64,000 nucleotides of DNA from Raillietiella orientalis (Eukaryota): NCBI GenBank assembly GCA_036172245.1, contig JAYWIR010000025.1:310001-374000 (forward strand). The letters are read 5' to 3'. Both the position numbers and the translations under genes were made by a program. Positions 38,350-48,415 of this stretch are shown here, piece after piece (within the stretch, counting starts at the first letter, position 1; the number at the start of each line of letters is the position of its first letter). The notes beneath the pieces were generated by a model, which was given only the letters and a program-made list of their open reading frames with translations, was not told the DNA's origin and made no database searches.

Positions 38350-39950
38350 CCGCTCAAAGAAACTCTGGGCAGCTTGGAAGGCTCAGAAGTGTACCGGAAA
38401 GTGAACGAGAACGTTCCAAATCTAAAAGGTAGGGGACTCTTCTTCTGGAGCGTGGAGAGGCGTGTAGATTGCCGCTCTGCAAACCCCATACCTTCTCAAG
38501 TGTGTATTGAAACGAGAGTGAGATTTCCCTTCGTGCCAGCGATTCAGCAGGAGGAGGACTCGTCAGTTGCTGGGTAGCTGGAGCAGCTGGTTCGGCACGG
38601 AAGAATGATTTTTCGGCAACACGGTGAAACCAAGCGTGCAACCTAAGTGAAGAAGCTTATGGTGATCCTGCTGGTTTCCAACGATTCTGCTTCCTCCCTT
38701 CCTTACATAAAACCTTCATTCTAGCATCCTGTTTCATCCATGAGAACACCCTTCATGACCTTTTGTTCCTTCGATTCCTTTTTTCTGGGAATAGCCTCTG
38801 TTTTGGAAAAATCCTGTTTTTCCGAATTGAAAGAAGCTCATACTCAGCCACCTTCTCGTCTGCGACCTCTGATGAAGATGACCTTGAAATGAGGTCGAGG
38901 CAGTTACTGTGCTTGCAAAGATGGAGGAAGAGGATCTCCCGAGCGTGTGTCACTGATATCCCTGGGGTTTGTCACAGTTGTACTGTATGACAGCCATCAG
39001 CAGTTTCGGACCACTTGTCCCTGGTTGCAGCGCCAAATCCGGTGGTCTTGGGCTTGCACTCCTCCGAGACATCTGAGACGGAGGAGACTCAGATTGCGAA
39101 CGCCGACTGAACCTCTCCATAGCAAACTCTGGGGCACCAAGGGGCACTGTTCAGCAAACGAAACGGCTCAGCCCTCTTCCCCACCTCAAGAATGGAGCCG
39201 GACGGTTTCTGGAATAACTGAAGCATTGCTGATCGGCATCCAAAATCGTCTTGAGGATGTAGTGGTAGGTCCAGGAAGATGTAGTGGTAGGTATGCTCCA
39301 GACCTGTATGTAAAGCTCCTAATTCGGGAGTCTCGTAAGGGTGTTCCCTGCTGTTTGCAGTACATCACTCGGTGTTGAGACGAGGTGTTCCGAACGAAGA
39401 ATGCAGTGGTCTTTCTGAACATTGATGCAGGAGTTGAAGCAGGAACAGTGACTGCTCTGACTCGAGGGCATCAGTTTCCACTCCTGCTGAAGATGCTGTT
39501 TCTAGCACGACCATTTTCATCCTTACTAGAATCGCGTCGTGCCTGGATGCGTGCAGACGGGAATGCCTCATGCAGTGATTTGTCACGAGAGGCAACGTCT
39601 CGTCCCACAGGCCACAACGACGGCACGAGCGATCAGCTTCCCTCCTTCTGGCAAGTCCTCTTTGATCTTATCCGAAAGGCCGAGAAGCGATAGTTAGGCA
39701 ATAGCGCCATGCTGTCTTCTCCACCGATGATCCTTGAGTTTGTGGGACCATTCGTTCCGTCCTGAGGCGTGTTGCACTATTTGTCTCAAGTCGTGTCGCT
39801 TGATGGCGGTATGCAACGCCAGCGGTGCCAGCTTCCTCTTGAAGAGCTCAAAGGAAATTTGCTTTACTTGGAGTTGTCCCTCTTTCCATCCTAGCTTGGC
39901 TTGGAACCAGGGATGTCTGGCAGAGGAGGAGTGAAAGCCTACAGCTCTCT
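38350..39950 (-). pseudogene. Kinase remnant with SH2-like segments
   Basis: LVTNHC..RMKMVVLETA, QLLHQCSERPLH and GKRAEPF (kinase V-IX-like); AWFHR..RAE..GTKGNLTL downstream and HPWFQAKLG upstream (SH2-like). Confidence 0.35.
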
Positions 39951-40106
39951 CGCTGGTGGAAACACATGGAACAAGATAGCAATGAGCACAGCTCGTCTCC
40001 GACAGCCAGAGATGGTGATGGGAACGGAAGGTACCACACGGGCGCACTCCATGGAAAAAGGCGAGGGGAATTCCGAAGAAAGAATAGTCCAGGAAATTTG
40101 TTTCAA

Positions 40107-40131
40107 AGAGAGAGAGAGAGAGAGAGAGAGA
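40107..40131. repeat. (AG)12 microsatellite
   Basis: Read directly. Confidence 0.95.
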
Positions 40132-40349
40132 AGATGTCTGAATGAAAGGCTCTAAAGAAGGCGAGAAAATTAAAGTTTTCCTTCCAGGAGCAGGAATTTT
40201 CGGAAGATTCTGTCCCTCCTCTTGTCACAGCGCAGCTGGCCAACTCGGCTCATCGAAGATTCCATCTGTAGCCGAAGATCGGACTCGTCTAAAGCGATTA
40301 AGGATCAAGAGATAAACACTGTGACAGCCGGAGTAAGTCGAAGATCAGA

Positions 40350-41000
40350 CCTCTCAGAAGAAGGGCGTGTTCTTCTTCCCTGGCTCGTTTTTCTTGGAAG
40401 CAGGAGGATTCGAAGAAAAGAGGATGCAGGAGGCATATGAAAGGAGTAAGTGGAAACGGAATATCATGGAAGCATTGCGGAGATCCGATTTGCTGCATAC
40501 AGCGCACAAGTCTACCAGCAAAGGCAACACATGTGCCCCAAGGCAATCGACTTGCTGCCATCATGGTTGGGAAACCCTGGCTCCAAAAACTTGCGTTCCC
40601 TAAAAACCAGAAACTGACAAACTGGCCCTGCCTCCCTGCTCTTCCTTGATCTGCAGGCGTGAAAATTCGAGTTCTCCTTCCTTCCCTTCCTTACGGGATT
40701 CTCTGCTAGCAAGAGGGTGTGACTTTTCGCTCCGGGAACGAAGGGCAGTAAGAAAAGGCCGCCCTTCGGATCTTGCAGAAAGTTCCAAGACCTCCCGGAG
40801 AATGAAAACGCTGAAAGTTTGAGATCAGCGGCCATTTTTCGGGAGTTGGGTCCCATCGTCTCTTCCGCTCATCGATCCATGTCAGCTACCCAGCAGGCCA
40901 TCAACGTATCACCAAAGGTCTTCGATAATGACTCGAAGGCAATGTCCTCTCCAGCCGGCAGACTCGCGATGTTCGCAGCGAAACGCCTGGGTGAAAGAAA
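40350..41000 (+). pseudogene. RhoGAP domain remnant
   Basis: LPWLV, LEAGGFEE, GI*..VSGN..NIMEAL (cf. EGIFRVSG), LAESSKTSRRMKT and AAIF..GP (cf. NKMT..NLAIVFGP). Confidence 0.4.
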
Positions 41001-41949
41001 GACAGGAAAAAGAAAGGAGGCAGGTGAGAAGGAGGATGGGGGTTCGCCGACTTGTGCTTGAAAGAATTGCCCGCGCACGCGGACGTGCCGCTTCCCGTAT
41101 CTGCCGTGAAGGACGCGCGACAGCGGCCTCTATCGCTGGGGTACACCCCAGGCTTTCAGCCCCATCGCGTCGAGCCGCCTCGGGGCACCCAGATGACGTT
41201 TATGTTCTCCCCTTGCCAACTCTCTGAATCTTCTTCCTGCTCGCGCCCAGGATCCCGCCTCCCGAACTTCCTTCCTTCAAAGAAGGTTCCTCCCTTCCTT
41301 CCTTCTTCCTTCCTTCCGCTTCCTCCCCCTCCTCCTTCTCCTCCCCAAAGTCCTGTCGTCCTCCCCATTTTTAAGAAATTCCATCGAGTTCTCTTGACGA
41401 ACAAAGGAAGGACTGGTCTCCTGTGGGAGATGCTGCAGGGAAGAATTGTTGCACATTTGGCCCGGCTCCGCGTTCGCAGAGCGCGTCCGTACGAATCAAA
41501 AGACCTGCCCCTGCGGGCCCTTCGCAGATCCCCGGGAACGAGCCTGTGGAACGGCATCCGCTGGTCTCGCTGGTCTGTATCTATCTCTCTCGCAGGTCCC
41601 AAGGAGGGGTAGGACCGTTCTCTCCTCGAGAACAGCTACGCCGGGAACCAAGGAGGGTTCGGCACGTGCCAGAGGGGATCTTTTGCTCTCCGTGACGTCA
41701 CCGGAATGTGGGAAGGAGCGCCTATCGCCTTCGGCGGATCCGAGAAGCGCTGAACCGCTGAACCGCCGAATCAAAGAAGTTCATCCTCCATGCCCAGGGG
41801 GCAACTTTGCTCAGCAGAATTGAACAAAATACGCGGAAATGGTGCTGCGTTGAGTCGGATGTGAATCCATGGAGGACCCACCTCGCACAAGAATGGAATT
41901 CGGGAGGAAAAAAAGGATAAATTGGCTAGGAGGATGAATGCAATTGAAA

Positions 41950-43555
41950 AAATGGATAGGACAGTGGTCCTTGGATGCTACTTGCTCCCTGGGGTCCACC
42001 TCGGGAAAAATCCTTTCCCTGGAAACCCTGGAATCCCTCTGAGATCCCTCAGGAATGTCGCGCGCGATAAGGAGACCTTTCCCCGCGCACTTTTGGCTTG
42101 CAGCGGGGATACCAGCATACCACTGGGGCGCACTTCATCCCTGACGACGTCCCTCCGCACGACCTCGTCGGGCGAAGTTCGGGGCACCGGCTGCTCCCTC
42201 ACCGGCTGCCTTCCCCCACGCGTGCGAGCAGGTGGAACCCCTAGGGCGAACGCCGTTCGAGGCGGTCGCTCGTGTCCCCCATCGCTGCTCCCACACGGCG
42301 GGAAGAACGGAGCTTTCCAGACGCTGGGCGCTGACAGGTCCTCAAGTGGACGCCCGTAAACTTCGCCCAGCGGCAGGTCATGGAGTGCGCCGTCCTCGCA
42401 GCGGCTGCACCCGCCGGCTAATTTGCCGTCCGTCCTCCGAGGAGGTCGTCAGGGGGAGTCGCTGGCGAGGTCAGCGTTTGCAACATTGAGGTGCTGCTCC
42501 ATCCACGCGGAAGGATGGCTCGGCAGCGCAGTTCTTCCGGAACGGAGTGGACCACTTTTCAAGGCTCCGGGAAAGGCGGTAGGACATCTGCCAGGAGTCC
42601 CGGCGGCTACTGACGTGGATGCCCTATCCCCCCTTCCGCGGACCGCTTGGTGTATCAGGCCTTGTTCAGGATTCCCTGCAAGAAGCGGGTGCGCTAGTGG
42701 ACGCCCCACCGTGTCCACGGCGTGGTCGTCCGGTCGGCTTGAAGGGTGCCTCCCCGTTTGTGGTGCGATGAGAATGGTGGGCGGGTAGATTTTCCCTTGC
42801 CGAGCTGCCGGTCTTAGTTCTTACCGTTTGTCTTCCCGGGACAGCGGTCTCGACCTCGCGTTCCATACGCGTGCCTGCTGCAATGCACGCTGGCGCGCTC
42901 CGTCCTCTCGTGAGGGTATGAGCGGAACCTCCAGCTCTGCGGGCACCCCGTCGCGCTGCTGCCATCTCTCGAAACCCGGAAACTGGTCATCTGTGCGACC
43001 GCCGTGGGGCTTTGGGAAGTTTCCTGGCAGCTCACGTGCGCCCACGCTCCACCGCTGATTGTCCTCGCGCGGGAGGGCGAAGGGGCTCGGCGCTCTCCTT
43101 GAGCCGCCCGGGAGGGAATTCAGAGAGGAGTTGGTGTTTTTCGGGAGGCAGCCCTGCGCGGAGGAGGTGCCGACTGCGGCAGCCGGCCGCAACGTCGTGT
43201 GGGCTTCGTTCACCCCACCTCCCCCCCGTCCCAGTGCTGTCCGCCCAAAGGAGAGCAATGGACAGTCAGCTGCCAGCGAGGTGGGAAGTGACCTGCGTGA
43301 TAGGGAGCAGGCAAAAACATCTGATTGTATGCACAACTCGGGAGCTGGCGGATACTGAGACCCCGAGTGTCTCACAAAAGGGACTGCTACTCTGGGGGGA
43401 GAGCTACTACGAATTCCCCCGGAGGAGGTTAAGTGGCTTCCAGCATGTTGAAACTGTACTACTCACTTCCTAAAGTGGTATGAGTCGGCGACCCTGCTGT
43501 TGCACTGGGGCCTCCTGTGCAACGCCTCCCGGCACCATTGGACTTGAGGGAGCTA
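41950..43555 (+). mobile_element. L1/Tx1-like LINE ORF2, 5' part of a split copy
   Basis: AVRGGRSCPPSLL (RT motif); DSQLPARWE..TTRELA homologous to 52580-52670; ends in VALGPPVQRLPAPLDLRE, homologous to the segment just before the zinc finger in the 44.5-46.7 kb copy. Confidence 0.6.
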
Positions 43556-43594
43556 TGTACCTCAGAGCCGGTCGCGTGCCTCTCGGCGCACGTG

Positions 43595-44463
43595 GCTCTT
43601 TTTAAACATTAAACACACTGTTTTGTTTCCACGCCTCTCCGCCTGCGGCAACCCGCAGGGGGGCGTGTAATTCTTCAGGATAGGGGGCACCCCGGGATAT
43701 GGGTCAGCCCTATGAATCCAGGAAGGGTTCGGAGTCCGTTACTCTCACGCTTGGGGAGGGATTACCCGCAAGGGAGGGGATCGCACCTCCAACCCTGGTT
43801 GTCTCCGAAGGCGAACCCCGAAGGGAATCGCCTTCCTCATTCTCTCCGGAGGGACCACCCCGGAAGGGGTGGTCTTCTTCATTTCAACTTCTCCGAAGGG
43901 AACCCGGAAAGGATCCGCTTGTAGGAATTTCTTCTCCGGGGTAAACCCGCAAGGGAACCGCTCCTGTTCACTCCTCTGAAGAGAACCCCGAAGGGATGCT
44001 TCCGAAACTCAGAAGGGGCTCTGCAGCTTCCCGCAGGGAATCGCTCTCGCTTGCTTCCTTGCATTCAGTGAAGAGGAGACAACTCGGAGGAACCTCCAAC
44101 AGGGGGGTCCGCTCCTTTGAACAACTGGAGAGGTGCCCATGAGGGCTCCTGCTCCATCTTGAAACCGGAGATGGTCGCCCGGTGATGGGGATCCTCTCTC
44201 CGTTGTGCGAACGGAGGGGGAACTCCCCACTCCTTTATTCCTGGGAGGACCCGAAAGTCGACTCCCATTGTTCCGATCTTCATCATGGACCTCCAGCTTT
44301 ATCCACAGCCGGTACCACGCCCGAATGATTAGGCCAACCAGCGCCGTTGCAGGAGAGAAATTCGGAACCCAACGACGCAGTGGCATCAGTTTCTGCCGAA
44401 GTATTCGAACCCGCGACGCATGGTGTCACGCGCGGAAGCCTTAACCACAAAGCCTGCGACGCG
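43595..44463 (-). mobile_element. tRNA-headed SINE-like element, copy B (longest)
   Basis: Head aggctttgtggttaagg...cgcgggttcgaatac (44401-44455); at least five ~42-bp units at 43801-44000; shared left-end motif. Confidence 0.75.
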
Positions 44464-44683
44464 GGACCCGGGGAGTTTCCATCCAGTCACTCCTGGGCGT
44501 TTATTTTTAAACTCTGTACATCTACGGTACGAAGCCCCGCTACGATCAATAGATCGTGGGGCCTGCTGGGAAGCCGGTTTGCAGACCGGCTTCCTCGGCA
44601 GCGGAGGGGATGGGGGAGAAAACAAAAATAAAAATAAAAAGGAAAATAAAAAAAAAGAAATGCTTGGGTGGGCCAGAAAGGGA

Positions 44684-45061
44684 TCACTGTCCGCTGGAAG
44701 AAGAGACCATCCTTTCCAGGATGCCCTCGAGGTCCCTCTGCATAGCTCCCAGATGGGACCAGCCGATCGCGATTCGCAGGTAGCGACTCGCGTATACGAT
44801 GAGGTCCCTATCTCTGCTTCCTCTGTTGGCTGCGCTCCACGCAGCCACAATCCCTCGTAGGCAGCCGAGCGCTGCCAGGGCTGAGGCTGGTTGCAGGGCG
44901 TCTCTCACGAAGAGGAGTCGCACAACGTCTCTGGGGGGACTGCCGACCTGCATCCGGAGGGTCGTAGCAAAACGTTCCCACAAGGGCCAGAGGGCAGCAC
45001 AGTCCACTAGCAGGTGGGAGAGGGATTCATTTTCCCCGCACACTGCACACTTCTGTCCCAC
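44684..45061 (-). pseudogene. LINE ORF2 C-terminal zinc-finger (zf-RVT-like) segment
   Basis: CAVCGENESLSHLLVDC..LW; homologous at 46705-47070 and 52870-53234. Confidence 0.8.
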
Positions 45062-45566
45062 TTCCCCAATGTCCAGTGGTAGCGGCGCGCGTTGCAGGGG
45101 AGACCCCAGTGCAACAGTAGCAGCGCCGATTCCGGTCGCATCCTACGGCGACAGGCGAGCCCAGGTGCTAATCCTGGGAAAGTGGCAATGGGGCTCCCTC
45201 CACCTGGTCGTGCAGGACGCTAGGAGGAGGGGGTGCGTCGCGTACCGCTTCTCCCTCCTCCATGGATACCTAATCGTCGGCAGGGCCGTGCAGAGGAGGG
45301 GGGGTTCACCCATCTGCACTTCCTCCTCCATGGGGGTCGCCAGCTGCACGGTGTCGGGGAATGAGATCCCCACCCTCGCCTCCCACGCTGCCGGCTTCCC
45401 CCTCGGGTGCCGGTTCATCCCCCTCCTTCTTGGTCCGGATGCGCCTCCTGGTGGACTTGCGTCCCCTCTTCTTAGGTGGCGCCTACGCTGAGGAGGACGC
45501 ACTTCCGGCATCCGGATCGACCTCACCTGCCTCCGGTGCCTTCCTCGCAGCCGACCTTCGTAAGGC

Positions 45567-46319
45567 TTACCGCGAGTTCTTCTCACGGCCTTGCAGTTTA
45601 GCCGTGAGTTCTCCCACCGCCTGCTGGAAGGCGGCCTCCTCAATCGCGTCGAGCGCGGCGCGCGGTTCCCCCTCGGTTTCCCCAGAGGGTTCGCCATCGA
45701 CCGTCGCGGCTTCGGCGGACTCGAGGGGGGGGATTGCTCCCCTGGTGGCGGCATCGAGTGCCTCCACACGCTCTAATTTCACCGAACACGCGCGGAGTTT
45801 TTCGCGGCACGGTTTTTCGCGCTGCGTTTTTGTTTTCCCCGCGTTTCGTTCGGGACTCCCGGGTTTTCTTCGTGGCTGTACCGTCTGCCAGCCTTCGCCG
45901 TCGCCAGCATCGTCGGGAGTGCTCTCAACCGACGTTTGCTGGGAGGGTTTAAGGACTGGCATCTGGCTTTTTACAGCCTGTTTTAAATTATTTTCCTCTC
46001 CTGCCCGTTTCCCCTTTGCCTTTTTGGCAGTGGGTGGGACCAGGATTTCTCTTCTCGGGCACACCTTGCGACTGTGGCCCTTATTTCCACATAAGTGGCA
46101 TCGGATGTTAGGGCACCGTTTTTTTAAGTGCTCTGTGGCATCACAATGGCCACAGTACTTGGGCATTCCTACGTACCAAACATCGACTTTTTCTTCGCCT
46201 ATGTTTAGTTTGTGGGGAAGCCCACCGTTCTCTGGTAATGTGACACGGGCAGCGGCCATCCCACTGAATAGCCTTCCGTACATTCGGAAGACATTGGGTT
46301 TGTCCCAAAGCGCGTGCAC
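45567..46319 (-). CDS. LINE ORF1 (Tx1/ZCCHC3-like zinc-knuckle protein), partial; N-terminus frameshifted
   Basis: 250-aa open frame with VWYVGMPKYCGHCDATEHLKKRCPNIRCHLCGNKGHSRKVC (two CX2CX4HX4C). Upstream pieces lie in other frames up to about 46650. Confidence 0.8.
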   Translation of the reverse strand: MHALWDKPNVFRMYGRLFSGMAAARVTLPENGGLPHKLNIGEEKVDVWYVGMPKYCGHCDATEHLKKRCPNIRCHLCGNKGHSRKVCPRREILVPPTAKKAKGKRAGEENNLKQAVKSQMPVLKPSQQTSVESTPDDAGDGEGWQTVQPRRKPGSPERNAGKTKTQREKPCREKLRACSVKLERVEALDAATRGAIPPLESAEAATVDGEPSGETEGEPRAALDAIEEAAFQQAVGELTAKLQGREKNSR

Positions 46320-46687
46320 ATTGCCGTGTGCACTCCCTCATGGACAACTCCTCATGGACGCCGGTTTTGCCCATTCGGAGTGCCACGCCTGTGAGGTGGA
46401 CCACGACGGAGCGGTCCTCCGTCACAGGGAAGACCCTGCGGCCGTCCACCGTAATGGGGGTGTTCAGCAGGCGCATCTCTGCAAGTCTGGCGCTCTTGCA
46501 GTCAGCTCGACTCGCTGTTCCCCACTAAGGACGTAGAGGCCCTCAAGGTCTTCCTCCCTCACATTCAGCCGTTGCAGCTCCTTTTCGAAGGAGAGTGCAA
46601 TCCTCTCATCGAACACACTGCCTACCTTGTAGATCAGCGACGGTTTGTAGCCGCTGTCCTTATAGGCAGTCTGCTCCGCAACTGCAG

Positions 46688-47287
46688 CCGGGGATGTGTG
46701 AGCCCGAACTGCGGCAGGTATGGCGAAAGAGAGTCCCTCCCCCATCTGCTCGTGGATTGTGTGGCCCTCCGCACCCTGTGGGAAGGCTTTGTCGCGTCTC
46801 TGCAGATCCCCGAGGGCAAGCTCAAGACATCCTGAAACATTCCTACGTGACGCCCTCACACCGGCCGCATCCTTAGTAGCATTTTGCTGCCTACGAGGAA
46901 TCATAGCTGCATGGAGCTATGCCAGAGGAGGCCAGAACGACAGGGACACTATCTACTCTGCTGTCCTCTTCATGAGCATAGCCTCAAGATGGTCCCATCT
47001 GTGAGTGTCGAACCAGGAACTTGCTGGCATCCTTACAAGGGTGCAGAGGACACCCTTCAACACACAGTGATCCCTTCCCGAATCCGCCTTTCCCATATTT
47101 TTGACTGTATGTTTTTTATTTAATTTTTTTCTAGCTGTCTCCCCTTCCCCTGGGCTGCCGAGGCGAAACTAGCCGACCTGCGTGACGGTTCTCAGCAGGT
47201 CCCCATGGTTACACTTATGGCGTGGCAGGACCAAGCGTCCTGCCACTAACCTGTATGTTTATTTCACTATAAATAAACGTCTCGGCT
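46688..47287 (+). mobile_element. LINE ORF2 3' end and 3' UTR, 3' part of the split copy
   Basis: CGRYGERESLPHLLVDC, RDALTPAASLVAFCCLRGIIAAW, T-rich UTR, AATAAA at 47272-47277. Confidence 0.8.
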
Positions 47288-47721
47288 TCACCGGGTTCAA
47301 GTCACAACACCGGTCATGAGGGCACAGAAGGTCCGAAACTCGTGGACCCGTGAAACCGCAAGCAGTCCTGCTGCGAGAGGATTTTCCGGCGCCCGCATGG
47401 GGTCGGATCTGGGATGGTCTGGGGGAGGGGAGGCAATTGAACTCCTGCAGTGGAAGGAGGGAAGAAGGGCGGCAAGAAGCAGCCAGCAAAAAAGCAGATC
47501 TTCCAGACTCAGCCTCTGTTTTTACCCACCCTCGCGGGAGGTCAGGGCGCTCTCGAAACACGCGGGCGCGACCCCCGCCTCGCTCCCGAATTGATACCGT
47601 GAGCAGGCGTCCATTCGTAGGCGGGTCGGCAGAGGTCTGCTTCAGCCTCCCCAGCGGGCGCGTCCGTGTGCGCTACGGGCTGGGTGGCGCGCGGCACTTC
47701 GACGATGGTGGAAATCGCCGG

Positions 47722-48415
47722 GTGGTCACGAAGCTCTTTGGCACTGCCCACACCACCCGAGGCTGCGTGTAGATCGATAGGTTATAGGGGGAACCCGGGA
47801 GGGAACCGCCCTAAGAATCCAGGACGGCTACAGAGGAAGACTGGGAGGTTCCTCTCACGCTGGGGAGGGAACTCGGAAGGAAACCCGTGCCCTAGTTGTT
47901 TCCTAATGGACCGCCGGTTCGTGGAAACGACTCCTCATTTTTTGCCCGAAGGGAACCTGGAAAGCTCTTCTCCCGAATTTCTTCTCCAGAGGGGGCGCTC
48001 GCAAGGGCAGCCCTCCTGGTTTCCTCCTCCTCGGAAGAGAACCTCGAAGGGACACTTCCCGATTTCTCCGAAGGGCGCTCCTGTAACACTCCAAAGAGGC
48101 AACCCCTCGAGAGGAGGACCGACCAACTCCACAGTACAGCTTCCTTTATACAACCGGGGAGGGAACCCCCCAAGGGCTCCTTTATTCCTGAAAAGATCTC
48201 GGAGGGGGCCGACTTCTGATCCCGGCCAGTCAAGGGGAGCAGCCTGCTCCCACCAGCGCCGCCACCCCCGAATAGGCCAACTAGCGCCATCCTTCAGGGG
48301 CTCTAAGGGCTCTCTTCCATTCCTGACATCGATCCTGCTCCGGGAGGGATTTGAACCCACGGCACTTGGTGATGCCGCACGGCCGCCAGCAAGGATTGGG
48401 TCTGCCACGCCAGCA
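47722..48415 (-). mobile_element. tRNA-headed SINE-like element, copy C
   Basis: B box ggttcaaatcc (48347-48357); shared body units and left end. Confidence 0.75.

Larger units (their letters stand above)
44493..46685 (-). mobile_element. Internally deleted L1/Tx1-like LINE (ORF1 + ORF2 C-terminus + 3' UTR)
   Basis: ORF1 pieces with two CCHC knuckles, junction near 45365, zf-RVT-type CAVCGENESLSHLLVDC, T-rich 3' UTR and AATAAA at 44500-44505. No endonuclease or RT motifs in between. Confidence 0.85.

Noticed and set aside
43801..44010. Regular ~42-bp periodicity as a CRISPR array
   Set aside because: Whole units are homologous with no unique spacers; it is a minisatellite inside a dispersed repeat.
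45361..46536. 391-aa plus-strand ORF
   Set aside because: Antisense shadow of the LINE ORF1.
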